Shown piece after piece: positions 1 through 9,328 of a stretch of 64,000 nucleotides of DNA. The stretch is from contig JBGQIW010000003.1 of assembly GCA_041498715.1 (NCBI GenBank), positions 2,395-66,394 on the forward strand. Reading direction: 5' to 3'. The notes below the pieces were generated by a model. That model ran no database searches. It saw only the letters and a program-made list of their open reading frames with translations, and had not been told where the DNA came from. The translations under genes and the position numbers were made by a program. The stretch's first letter is position 1, and the number at the start of each line of letters is the position of its first letter. The stretch is from Gemmatimonadota bacterium (GTDB lineage: Bacteria; Gemmatimonadota; Gemmatimonadetes; Gemmatimonadales; GWC2-71-9).

Positions 1-2
1 AC

Positions 3-260
3 CCCGTGCAGCAGGCCTTCATCGACCACGACGCCTTCCAATGCGGATACTGCACCGCCGGTCAGGTCGTGTCGGCCGTCGCCTGCGTCGCGGAGGGCCA
101 TGCGACCGATGAGGCGACGGTGCGGGAATGGATGAGCGGGAACATCTGCCGCTGCGCCGCGTATCCCCAGATCACGGCCGCGGTCCTGGACGCCGCCACC
201 CGGATGGCGCGGGAGCGATCGGCGCCAGGCGCGACGAAGCGGAGCGTAGACCATGCGTGA
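3..260 (+). CDS. Xanthine dehydrogenase family [2Fe-2S] subunit (PaoA/YagT-like), 5'-truncated by window edge
   Basis: QCGYCTAGQ and GNICRCAAY motifs; frame is open to the window start. Confidence 0.9.
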   Translation, partial: PVQQAFIDHDAFQCGYCTAGQVVSAVACVAEGHATDEATVREWMSGNICRCAAYPQITAAVLDAATRMARERSAPGATKRSVDHA

Positions 261-1242
261 CTTCGCCTACGCGCGCGCCCAGCAGCTCGACGACACGCTC
301 GGTTCGACGGGGTCGGCGACGATCCTGGCCGGCGGTACCGAGCTGCTCAATTGGCTCCGCCTCGGCATCGCCGAGCCGGAGCAGGTGCTGGACATCGGCG
401 GACTGGACACCCTGCGCGGCGTCCGCCGGGATGCCAACGCCATCGTGATCGGCGCTCTCACGACGCTCAACGAAGTCGGCGAGAACCCGATCGTCGTCTC
501 CGCCGCCCCAGCGCTGGCCCAGGCCTGCCTCAAGGCCGCCTCCGCGCAGATCCGGAACCGCGCGACCCTGGGCGGCAACGTGCTCCAGAAGACCCGGTGC
601 TCCTACTTCAGAGCGGAGGAGCCCCTGCCCTGGCCCTGCAACAAGCGGGTGCCCGGCTCCGGCTGCTCCGCGCGCCACGGGCATCACGAGCGCCACGCGA
701 TCTTGGGCTGGACCGACGCCTGCGTCGCGGTCCAGCCGTCGGACCCGGTCGTCGCCCTCGCGTGTCTCGACGCGGTCGCCGAGGTCGCAGATTGGGAGGG
801 GCAGCGAAGCATCCCGATGACCGAGTTCCACCTGACACCTGAAGAGAGCGACACGTTAGCCGAGACCCGCCTCCGGCCCGGCGAGCTGATAACCGGGTTC
901 CGTATCCCGCTCTCGGCGCTGGCGCGCCGATCCACCTATGTGAAGGTTCGGGAGCGGGAAAGCTACGAGTACGCCTTCGTGTCGGCTGCGGCCGCGCTGG
1001 AGCTGAGCAGCGGTACCGTCCGCGAGGCGCGGCTGGCACTCGGTTCGGTCGCCCTCAAGCCATGGCGACTCACCGCAGCCGAGGGCGCGCTGGTCGGCCA
1101 GCCGTTCTCGGCCGAGCGTGCGCGGCAGGCGGTTGGCACGGCGATGGCCGCCGCTCGACCCCTGGGCGAAACCGACGTAAAGGTGACCGTCGCGACCAAC
1201 GCGGCGGTGTGGGCGCTCGAGCTGGCCGCGGCGGTCGTATGA
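253..1242 (+). CDS. Xanthine dehydrogenase family FAD-binding subunit (PaoB/YagS-like)
   Basis: AGGTELL and QIRNRATLGGN motifs; RCSYF..CNK..GSGC..C four-Cys insert. Confidence 0.9.
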   Translation: MRDFAYARAQQLDDTLGSTGSATILAGGTELLNWLRLGIAEPEQVLDIGGLDTLRGVRRDANAIVIGALTTLNEVGENPIVVSAAPALAQACLKAASAQIRNRATLGGNVLQKTRCSYFRAEEPLPWPCNKRVPGSGCSARHGHHERHAILGWTDACVAVQPSDPVVALACLDAVAEVADWEGQRSIPMTEFHLTPEESDTLAETRLRPGELITGFRIPLSALARRSTYVKVRERESYEYAFVSAAAALELSSGTVREARLALGSVALKPWRLTAAEGALVGQPFSAERARQAVGTAMAAARPLGETDVKVTVATNAAVWALELAAAVV

Positions 1243-3407
1243 GCCCGCCAGCCACCATCGGGATCGGCGCGCCGATCCCGCGGCATGACGGGCGTGCCAA
1301 GGTCACCGGCGCCGCCACGTACGCGGGCGAGGAGGTGCCGGCAGGCACGCTGCACGCCGTGCTCGTGCCCGCCACCATCGCGGCCGGGCGGATCGTGAGC
1401 ATCGATACCACCGCCGCAGCGCGCATCCCCGGCGTAGTGCGGGTGCTGGTTGCGGGTGACTTCCCCGCGCTCAAGCCGGCGCCGGTGCCGCCGGTGGCGG
1501 GGTCGTTCGTGCCGCTCCAGGACGACCGGGTCCGATACGAGGGCCAGCCGGTCGCCGTGGTGCTGGCCGAGTCGCTGGAGGCTGCAGAGGCGGCGGCGCC
1601 GCTGGTGCGGGCGAGCTACAACCGCGCCGATCCGGCGATACCCTCGCACGCAGCGGATGTCAGGCCCAAAGCGGGCCACGAGGGAAACGGCTACGCCTTT
1701 GCGGAGCTCGACACCGCCGTCGGCGACTTCGAGCAGGGCTGGACCGCCGCGCGGGCGCGGGTGGACCAGCGCTACCGCACTCCGAGCCGGCACCACAACC
1801 CGATGGAGCCCTCCGCCACGCTGGCCGAGTGGCGGAGCGGCGGCGCGGAGCTGTACGTCCACGATGCCACCCAGTGGACCTACGGGGTTCGCTACGGGCT
1901 GGCCGTCATGCTGGATCTGCCGCCGGGACAGATTCATGTTCGCTGCCCCTATACCGGCGGCGGCTTTGGCTCCAAGGGCTACGTCTGGCCGCACCAGATC
2001 CTGGCGGTGCTGGCTGCGAAGGTGGCCGGCCGCCCGGTGAAGCTGGTGCTGGGTCGCGCCGGCATGTACACCGGCGCCGGATTCCAGCCGGCCGTCGAGC
2101 AAAGACTGCGGCTCGCGGCGGCCGCCGACGGCCGGCTCACCGCGGTCGCGCACGAGACGTCGAGTCTCTCGTCCGTGTCGGAGGACTACGTGGAGTTCGC
2201 GGCGGCGGCGACCCGCACGCTCTACGCGAGTCCGGCGGTACACACCCAGACCCGAATCCGCCACGCCAACGTCGGCACGCCGACGGCGATGCGTGCGCCG
2301 CACGAGGGGCCGGGCATGTTCGCGCTGGAGAGCGCGATGGACGAGCTGGCGTGGGAGCTGCGCATGGACCCGCTCGCGCTCCGGCTGGCCAACTATGCCC
2401 GGACCGACCCGACCGACGGCCGTCCGTTCTCCTCCAAGAAGCTGCGGGAAGCGTACGAGGAGGGGGCTCGCCGGTTCGGCTGGGCCAAACGCCCGCTCGA
2501 GCCGAGGCAGTTGTCGGACGGCCGGGCGCGGGTCGGCTGGGGCATGGCGAGCTGCATCATGTCCACCTTCCGCTTCGCCGCGACTGCGCGCGCCACGTTC
2601 GGGGTTGACGGTACGGTCACGCTGGCCGCGGGCTGCCAGGAGATCGGCACCGGGGCCTATACGGTGTTGCCGCAGGTGGCGGCCGACGTATTGGGCATTC
2701 CGCCGGAGCGGATCCGCCTGATGCTGGGCGATACGAGCCTGCCGGAGACCGGTGGCACCTTCGGGTCCTCCACGACGCTGTCGGTTGGGTCCGCGATCAA
2801 GGACGCTGCCGAGCGGCTCAGAGCCAAGCTCGAGGAGCTGACTCCGGATCGGCAGGGCTGGGCCGCCGCGCTCGCGGATCGCGGATGGAAGGAGATCTCC
2901 GCGGACGGCGTTTGGAAGCCGCACGGAGACGTGGCGTTTGACGCCACGGGGGGCTCATCCGGTTATTCGATGCACACCTTCGGCGCGGTGTTCGTCGAGG
3001 TCGCCGTGGACGAGGCGCTCGGCCTGGTGCGGCTGCGCCGCGCGGTGGGCGGTTATTCGGCGGGGCGCATCGTCAACCCGAGGACGGCGCACAGCCAGAT
3101 GGTCGGCGGCATCGTCTGGGGCTACGGGCAGGCGGTGCTGGAGCACAGTCCGATGGACGAGCGGTACGGCCGGTATCTCTCCAAGAACCTGTCCGGCGTC
3201 ATGCTGCCGGTCAACGCGGACATCCCGTCGGCCATCGATGTGTTCTTCGTGGACGAGTACGATCCCCACGCGTCGGCCATCGGCGCCAAGGGCGTCGGCG
3301 AGTTGGGCGCGACCGGCGTCGCCGCCGCGATCACGAACGCCGTGTGGCATGCCACCGGGAAGCGCATCCGGCGGCTGCCGATCCAGATCGGCGACTTGGT
3401 CGGGTAG
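1239..3407 (+). CDS. Xanthine dehydrogenase family molybdopterin-binding subunit (PaoC/YagR-like)
   Basis: GGGFGSK, MRAPHE, QEIGTG and AKGVGELG motifs; start reset to the ATGA overlap at 1239. Confidence 0.92.
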   Translation: MSPPATIGIGAPIPRHDGRAKVTGAATYAGEEVPAGTLHAVLVPATIAAGRIVSIDTTAAARIPGVVRVLVAGDFPALKPAPVPPVAGSFVPLQDDRVRYEGQPVAVVLAESLEAAEAAAPLVRASYNRADPAIPSHAADVRPKAGHEGNGYAFAELDTAVGDFEQGWTAARARVDQRYRTPSRHHNPMEPSATLAEWRSGGAELYVHDATQWTYGVRYGLAVMLDLPPGQIHVRCPYTGGGFGSKGYVWPHQILAVLAAKVAGRPVKLVLGRAGMYTGAGFQPAVEQRLRLAAAADGRLTAVAHETSSLSSVSEDYVEFAAAATRTLYASPAVHTQTRIRHANVGTPTAMRAPHEGPGMFALESAMDELAWELRMDPLALRLANYARTDPTDGRPFSSKKLREAYEEGARRFGWAKRPLEPRQLSDGRARVGWGMASCIMSTFRFAATARATFGVDGTVTLAAGCQEIGTGAYTVLPQVAADVLGIPPERIRLMLGDTSLPETGGTFGSSTTLSVGSAIKDAAERLRAKLEELTPDRQGWAAALADRGWKEISADGVWKPHGDVAFDATGGSSGYSMHTFGAVFVEVAVDEALGLVRLRRAVGGYSAGRIVNPRTAHSQMVGGIVWGYGQAVLEHSPMDERYGRYLSKNLSGVMLPVNADIPSAIDVFFVDEYDPHASAIGAKGVGELGATGVAAAITNAVWHATGKRIRRLPIQIGDLVG

Positions 3408-3414
3408 CCAACAG

Positions 3415-3449
3415 CGCGGGGGCTCCGACCGTCGGTCGGAGCCCCCGCG
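3415..3449. terminator. Perfect 16-bp hairpin between convergent genes, probable bidirectional terminator
   Basis: CGCGGGGGCTCCGACC-gtc-GGTCGGAGCCCCCGCG; U-tracts are weak. Confidence 0.65.
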
Positions 3450-3472
3450 TGTCCTTCGGAATGGAAGGCGGT

Positions 3473-4681
3473 CTACTGCACCGTGTTCATCATATCGAAG
3501 ATCGGCAGGTACATCGCCACCACCATGCCGCCGACCACCACACCGAGCACCACGATCATGATCGGCTCCATCAGCGAGAGGAGCGCGCCCACCGCCACGT
3601 CCACCTCTTCGTCGTAGAAGTCCGCGATCTTCGTCAGCATCTCATCCAGACCACCCGTCTGCTCGCCCACCGCGATCATCGAGATCACCATCGGCGGGAA
3701 CACCTTCGACTTCTCCAGCGGTGCCGCGATCGTCTCGCCGCCGGCGATCGACTGCCGGGACGCCATGACCGCGTCGTGAATGACCATGTTCCCCGCCGTC
3801 TTGGCTGTGATCTCGAGCCCCTCGAGGATCGAAACGCCGGAGGAGATCAACGTGCCCAGCGTCCGGGTGAAGCGGGAGACGGCCGACTTCCGCAGCATAT
3901 CGCCCAGGACCGGGGACTTGAGCAGGAGCGTGTCGATGACCTTCCGGCCGCCCGTGGTGGCGTAGTATTTCCGGATCGCGAAGAAGGTGGCGCCCAGCGC
4001 GCCGAGCACGGCCCACCAGTAGCCGATGAGGAGGTCCGAGAGCCCGACCACGATCCGCGTCGGAAGCGGGAGCTCCAGGTTCACCGACGCGAACATGCTC
4101 TGGAAGACCGGGATCACGAAGATGAGCAGGATGCAGATGGCGATCGCGGCGACCGAGATGATGACGCCGGGGTAGACCATGGCGCCCTTCACCTTGCGCA
4201 TCAGGGCGTCGTTCTTTTCCAGGAAGGTGGCGAGCCGGAGCAGAATCGTGTCCAGGATACCGCCGGCCTCGCCCGCGGACACCATGTTCACGTACAGGTC
4301 GCTGAACGCCTTCGGATGCTTGCTGAACGCGTCGGCGAGTGTGTTGCCCGACTCGACGTCGTAGACCACCGCGCGGGTGACCTCGGCCAGCGCCTTGTTC
4401 TCCGTCTGCTGCGCCAGAATCGTGAGCGACTGGACCAGCGGAAGGCCGGCGTTGATCATCGTCGCGAACTGGCGAGTGAAGATCACGATGTCACGGGTCT
4501 TGATCCGCTGCCCGCCCGGCATCGAGAACTTGATCTGCTTCGGCGCCTCGCGGACGCTCACCAGAATCAGCCGGTTCTTCCGGAGGTAGTTGTTGACCTC
4601 GGCCTGGCTCGGGACGTCGAGCTGGCCCTTCTGGATCTGGCCGTTTGCGGCGTTGCGCGCGGTGTATTCGAACATCGGCAT
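3473..4681 (-). CDS. pilC: Type IV pilus platform protein (T2SS F family)
   Basis: FTRQFATMINAGLPL, GEAGGILD and GEQTGGLDEML motifs; follows pilB-pilT. Confidence 0.93.
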   Translation of the reverse strand: MPMFEYTARNAANGQIQKGQLDVPSQAEVNNYLRKNRLILVSVREAPKQIKFSMPGGQRIKTRDIVIFTRQFATMINAGLPLVQSLTILAQQTENKALAEVTRAVVYDVESGNTLADAFSKHPKAFSDLYVNMVSAGEAGGILDTILLRLATFLEKNDALMRKVKGAMVYPGVIISVAAIAICILLIFVIPVFQSMFASVNLELPLPTRIVVGLSDLLIGYWWAVLGALGATFFAIRKYYATTGGRKVIDTLLLKSPVLGDMLRKSAVSRFTRTLGTLISSGVSILEGLEITAKTAGNMVIHDAVMASRQSIAGGETIAAPLEKSKVFPPMVISMIAVGEQTGGLDEMLTKIADFYDEEVDVAVGALLSLMEPIMIVVLGVVVGGMVVAMYLPIFDMMNTVQ

Positions 4682-4699
4682 CGGTCGGTCTCCTTGGTC

Positions 4700-5836
4700 C
4701 TAGCGCCGGGTGGCCCCGGCAGCGCGGAACGGCTTCTCGCCGACCGTGGGAATGTCCTGTTCCTCCATCGGCCGCTGGCCGATCATCCGGAGGAACTCGT
4801 TCGGGTCGCCCGAGACCCGAAGACAATCGTCCTCGGTCACCTCACGCGCCATGTAGAGCTGGTACAGCGAGTCGTTCATCGTCTGCATGCCGAACTTCTT
4901 ACCGGATTGCATCGCCGAGTAGATCTGGTGGATCTTCTCGTCGCGGATCAGCGCGCGGATGGCCGGCGTCGCCACCATGATCTCCATTGCCATCACCCGC
5001 CCCCGCCCCTTGGCCTTGGGCAGCAGGGTCTGGGTCATCACGCCCTCGAGCACGAAGGCCAGCTGCGCCCGCACCTGCGACTGCTGGTTGTGCGGGAACA
5101 CGTCGATGATGCGGTTGATCGACTCGGCAGCCGAATTGGTGTGGAGCGTCGCGAGGGCCAGGTGGCCGGTCTCCGCGATCGTGAGCGCCGCGGCGATCGT
5201 CTCCAGGTCGCGCATCTCGCCGACCAGGATTACGTCCGGGTCCTCACGCAACGCGTACTTGAGCGCGGTGGAGAAGTTCTTCGTGTCGGTCCCCACCTCG
5301 CGCTGGTTGACGATGCAGCCCTGGTGCCGGTGGATGAACTCGATCGGGTCCTCCACCGTGATGATGTGCCCCTTCCGCTCCTTGTTGATCTTGTCGATCA
5401 TCGCCGCCAGGGTGGTGGACTTGCCCGACCCCGTCGGCCCCGTCACCAGAATCAGACCCCGCGGCCGCTCCGCGAGCTTGGCCACGATCGGGGGAAGCCC
5501 CAAGTCCTGGAAGGTTCGCACATTGAAGGGAATCATGCGGATTACCATGGCCACGCAGCCCCGCTGTTTGAACACGTTGCCGCGGAACCGGGCCAAATTC
5601 TGGATCCCGAAGCTAAAGTCCAGCTCGTCTTCGGTTTCGAACCGCTTTTTCTGATTCTCGGTCAGGACCGAATAGGCCAGCTGGAGCGTGTCCTTGGCCG
5701 TGAGGACCTCGGGCGCGGAGCCGTCGGTCATCTCCCCGTCCACCCGGAGCTTAGGCCGCTCCCCGGCGGTGACGTGGAGGTCTGACGCCTGCTTCTCGAT
5801 CATTTCCTCGAGCAGCGCGCGCAAATTGACGGTCAT
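4700..5836 (-). CDS. pilT: Type IV pilus retraction ATPase
   Basis: GPTGSGKST, EDPIE, LREDPDVILVGEMRD and AIRALIRD motifs. Confidence 0.95.
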   Translation of the reverse strand: MTVNLRALLEEMIEKQASDLHVTAGERPKLRVDGEMTDGSAPEVLTAKDTLQLAYSVLTENQKKRFETEDELDFSFGIQNLARFRGNVFKQRGCVAMVIRMIPFNVRTFQDLGLPPIVAKLAERPRGLILVTGPTGSGKSTTLAAMIDKINKERKGHIITVEDPIEFIHRHQGCIVNQREVGTDTKNFSTALKYALREDPDVILVGEMRDLETIAAALTIAETGHLALATLHTNSAAESINRIIDVFPHNQQSQVRAQLAFVLEGVMTQTLLPKAKGRGRVMAMEIMVATPAIRALIRDEKIHQIYSAMQSGKKFGMQTMNDSLYQLYMAREVTEDDCLRVSGDPNEFLRMIGQRPMEEQDIPTVGEKPFRAAGATRR

Positions 5837-7539
5837 CCGGCACTCTCCTTGACGACTTCTTCGAGGGTGGTGACGCCCCGCTCCAGCTTCTTCATCCCGT
5901 CCATGCGCAGGGTGAGCATCCCCTCCGCCACCGCCTGGTCGCGTAGCTCTGCAACCGACGCGCCGCGCAAGATCATGCGCCGCAGCTCCGGCGACAGCGC
6001 CATGACCTCGTACAGGCCCTGGCGACCCTTATAGCCGGTGCCGCTGCAGGTTTCGCAGCCCCGGCCTTTCATGAAGTTGATCTTGCGCAGCGAGTCAAGA
6101 TCCGTGCCCAGGGAGCGCAATTCTTCGTCGCGGTAGGTGTGCGGACCTTTGCACTCCTTGCAGATGCGCCGCACGAGCCGCTGGGCCACCACCAGATTGA
6201 CGGCGCTCGCGACGTTGAACGCCTCGATGCCCATGTCGATCATGCGGGTGATGGTGCTGGGCGCGTCGTTGGTGTGCAGCGTCGAGAGCACGAGGTGGCC
6301 GGTGAGCGCCGCCTTGATGGCGATGCCGCCCGTCTCCAGATCGCGGATCTCGCCGATCATGATGATGTTCGGGTCCTGCCGCAGGAACGCCTTGAGGGCC
6401 GCCGCGAACGAGAGCCCGATCTCGGTCCGCACCGGGACCTGGTTGATCCCCATGAGGTTGTACTCGACGGGGTCTTCCGCCGTCATGATGTTCGTCTCGA
6501 TCGTGTTGATCCGCTGGAGGCAGGAGTACAGCGTCGTCGTTTTGCCCGAGCCGGTGGGCCCGGTGACGAGCACCATGCCGTACGGATTCAGGATGGCCCG
6601 CATGAGGTCCTGCTCCGCCTTGACCTCGAAGCCGAACTTGGTGAGGTCGAGCGTCAGGTTGCCCTTGTCGAGAATTCGGAGCACGATCTTCTCGCCGAAG
6701 AGCACCGGCAGGGTGGAGACGCGGAAGTCGATCACCCGCGTGCCCATCTTGAGCTTGAGCCGGCCGTCCTGCGGCACCCGCCGCTCCGCGATGTTGAGCT
6801 GAGAGAGAATCTTCACCCGGGACGTGAGCGCCGCCTTCATTCTGAGCGGCGGCTTCATCACCTCGAGCAGCGCGCCGTCGATGCGATACCGCACCCGGAT
6901 CTCGTGCTCGAACGGTTCGATGTGGATGTCGCTCGCGCCGCGCTTAACCGCGTCCGTGAGGAGCCCGTTGATCAGCTTCACCACCGGCGCGTCGTCGACG
7001 TTCGCGGCGCCGCTGTCCTCCTCCTCCTCCGCGACGACCTCGACGTCGTCGTCGAGCCCCTCCATGTCCTTGAGGATGCTCTGGAGTTGCTGGTCGGACG
7101 ACTCGTAGTGCTTCTCGATCAGCGCGCGAAGGGTGTACTCGCCCGCGATGACGGGGAACAGGTCGTACCGGGTGATGAACTTGAGGTCTTCCAGCAGCCC
7201 GTGGTCGGTCGGGTCGGCCATGGCGATCGTGAGCGTGCGGCCCTCGCGCTTGAGCGGGAGGACGACGTGCTTCGTCGCCAGATCGGCGGGGATCAGCTTG
7301 ACGAGCTTGGGATCAACCTCGAACCGGGAGAGGTCGACGGCCGGCATCCGGTACTGGCGGGCGAGGAGTTTGGTGATCTCCAGCTCCTGCACCAGGCCCA
7401 GCTTCACCAGCACGTACCCCAAACGATGCTTGCTGGCCCTCTGCTCCGCGAGCGCCTGTGCCAGCTGCTCCCGTGTGATCAGGCCTTCCTTGATCAGGAT
7501 GTCGCCCAGCCGGTCGGAGCCGGCGGCCGCGGTTGCCAT
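5833..7539 (-). CDS. pilB: Type IV pilus assembly ATPase
   Basis: N-terminal RLG MshEN-like motifs, GPTGSGKTT, LRQDPN, tetracysteine CKEC/CETC. Confidence 0.95.
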   Translation of the reverse strand: MATAAAGSDRLGDILIKEGLITREQLAQALAEQRASKHRLGYVLVKLGLVQELEITKLLARQYRMPAVDLSRFEVDPKLVKLIPADLATKHVVLPLKREGRTLTIAMADPTDHGLLEDLKFITRYDLFPVIAGEYTLRALIEKHYESSDQQLQSILKDMEGLDDDVEVVAEEEEDSGAANVDDAPVVKLINGLLTDAVKRGASDIHIEPFEHEIRVRYRIDGALLEVMKPPLRMKAALTSRVKILSQLNIAERRVPQDGRLKLKMGTRVIDFRVSTLPVLFGEKIVLRILDKGNLTLDLTKFGFEVKAEQDLMRAILNPYGMVLVTGPTGSGKTTTLYSCLQRINTIETNIMTAEDPVEYNLMGINQVPVRTEIGLSFAAALKAFLRQDPNIIMIGEIRDLETGGIAIKAALTGHLVLSTLHTNDAPSTITRMIDMGIEAFNVASAVNLVVAQRLVRRICKECKGPHTYRDEELRSLGTDLDSLRKINFMKGRGCETCSGTGYKGRQGLYEVMALSPELRRMILRGASVAELRDQAVAEGMLTLRMDGMKKLERGVTTLEEVVKESAG

Positions 7540-7611
7540 CGTTTGAGGTCGAGCTCACCGTTGGGGTAGGGAACGCCGTTGCCACTCGGATGCGCATGCA
7601 GGTGTCAACTT

Positions 7612-8241
7612 CTAGGGCACCTGCAACCGTTGGCGCACGCGGTCGATCAAGGCAGGTTTAATGCCGGGAATGCGAAGAAGTGCATCAACCGACCCGAACG
7701 GCCCGTTGCGCTCTCGGTCCCGGACGATCGCCTCCGCTCGCCGGGCCCCGATGCCCGGCAGCGCCTCAAGCTCGGCGGCGCTGGCCCGGTTGAGTGAAAC
7801 CAGGCCCGGCGCATGAGGCTGCAGCGGCTGGATTTGCCCCGCCACCGCAGCTGCCCCGCTGAAGCTCACGTGGTCCCGGATAGCCGCCAATAGTGAGGCC
7901 CCAACTCCAGGCACCCGGTCCAACCCCTCGAGGCTGCCGAACGGGCCACTGGCATCCCGGTCTGCAACAATGCGTTTCGCTAGTCCCGGCCCGACTCGCG
8001 GCAGCCGGGCCACCTGAGCGGCCTCAGCCCGATCAAGATCTATACGTTCCCCGGGGTCCAGGGGACTTGCCAGCGCGATAGTGCTGTCCTTGTGGGCCAG
8101 CGGTGACTGCCCGGGCAACGTCCGGACCAGCTCGAGCTCGCCCGGGGCCGTGCCGGGACGGCTGGCGATGAGCCGGACCCCGTGCCCGGCGACCGCAAGC
8201 GAGAGGAGGAGGACGAGCGCGCGGCGTTCGGCGGGCGGCAT
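7612..8241 (-). CDS. comEA: ComEA family DNA-binding protein (N-terminal TM, two HhH domains)
   Basis: LPRVGPGLAKRIV..GPFGSL..VPGVG and LPGIGARRAEAIV..GPFGSV..IPGI; start reset to ATG 8241. Confidence 0.8.
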   Translation of the reverse strand: MPPAERRALVLLLSLAVAGHGVRLIASRPGTAPGELELVRTLPGQSPLAHKDSTIALASPLDPGERIDLDRAEAAQVARLPRVGPGLAKRIVADRDASGPFGSLEGLDRVPGVGASLLAAIRDHVSFSGAAAVAGQIQPLQPHAPGLVSLNRASAAELEALPGIGARRAEAIVRDRERNGPFGSVDALLRIPGIKPALIDRVRQRLQVP

Positions 8242-8338
8242 GGTACGCCAAGATTGCCCCTGCCGGTCGGGAAGGCCGCCATCCCGCTTCTGCGGGCGGT
8301 GCCGGAAATCGTGGGGAGGCTGGCGGGGTGGCTCGGGC

Positions 8339-9256
8339 TCAGGTCCCGTCCAGGCGTACGAGCGCCATCGCGACGTCACCGACGGTCTGCACGCTTGCGG
8401 CGCTGACCTTGTCGATCGTGTCCTCCGGCGTGTGCCAGGGCGGGTAGTCGAAGTCGACCACGTCGATCGCCTTGATTCCGACTTTCTGCAGCTCGACATG
8501 GTCGTCGGTCAGCGTGTGCTTAGGTGCGTCGATGAAGACGTCCTGATGGCCGACCCTCCGGGCCGCGGCCCACACGAGGCTCACGATCTCCGGCGCGCCA
8601 GTGAGGGAGTTGCCCTCCTGATAGATCTGAAGATCCTTGTCCGCCACCAGATCGAACAGGACGGCGTACTTGGGCCGTGCTCCCAACACGGGGTGCGCGG
8701 CGTAGTACCGGGCGCCGATCAGGACGTCACCCGGCTCCTGGTTGAAGTCGCCGTAGTCCTCCCCGTCGTCGAAGAGGAGATCCACCCCTATCGTCGGCGG
8801 GTGCCGCTTGAGGGCGTCCGCCACGCCCAGGAGCACCGCCACACCCGAGGCGCCGTCGTTTGCGCCCGGCACCGGGGCTTTCGGGTTCTTCGAGTTGGGG
8901 CCGTCGGAGCGGGGCCGGGTGTCCCAATGCGCCAGGAACAGCACCCGGGTCGTGGCGGTCGGGTTGAACCGGGCGATGAAATTCCGGAGCGGGAGCGAGT
9001 CGCCTTTGGCCGTCACATGGGTCCACGCCTGCACCACCAGCGTGTCCGCCCGCTGATGGAGCAGGCTGTCGAGCCACTGGGCCATCTGCTCGTGCGGCTT
9101 CGTGCCCGGAATGCGCGGACCGAACGCCACCTGGGTTTGCAGGTACTCGAACGCGGCCGTGCCCTCGAACTCGTGCGGCGGCGGCGGCGGAGCCTCGTGG
9201 CTGCAGGCGGCGAGGCCGAAGGCCAGCGCGGCGATCATCGGGAAGCGTCTCGACAT
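8339..9256 (-). CDS. M28 family peptidase lipoprotein (glutaminyl cyclase-like fold)
   Basis: Lipobox LAAC; AHWDTRP, GANDGASG, DGED and DDH motifs; start 9256. Confidence 0.88.
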   Translation of the reverse strand: MSRRFPMIAALAFGLAACSHEAPPPPPHEFEGTAAFEYLQTQVAFGPRIPGTKPHEQMAQWLDSLLHQRADTLVVQAWTHVTAKGDSLPLRNFIARFNPTATTRVLFLAHWDTRPRSDGPNSKNPKAPVPGANDGASGVAVLLGVADALKRHPPTIGVDLLFDDGEDYGDFNQEPGDVLIGARYYAAHPVLGARPKYAVLFDLVADKDLQIYQEGNSLTGAPEIVSLVWAAARRVGHQDVFIDAPKHTLTDDHVELQKVGIKAIDVVDFDYPPWHTPEDTIDKVSAASVQTVGDVAMALVRLDGT

Positions 9257-9328
9257 GGCCCTGATTATAACCCGGCGCCGAATCGCCTCCGGCTTGGCCC
9301 CCGCCCGCCGGGCGGCCATCTTTCCCGG
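9257..9328. promoter_or_regulatory. Divergent, probably leaderless sigma-70 promoters for the M28 gene and lptF
   Basis: Minus strand TATAAT (9264-9269) 7 nt before ATG; plus strand TTGGCC-N17-CATCTT 6 nt before GTG 9329. Confidence 0.55.

Noticed and set aside
7570..7611. TGGCAA-CGGCG-TTCC and TTGACA on the minus strand upstream of pilB
   Set aside because: The -12 element reads CC rather than GC, and TTGACA has no acceptable -10 at 17 bp.
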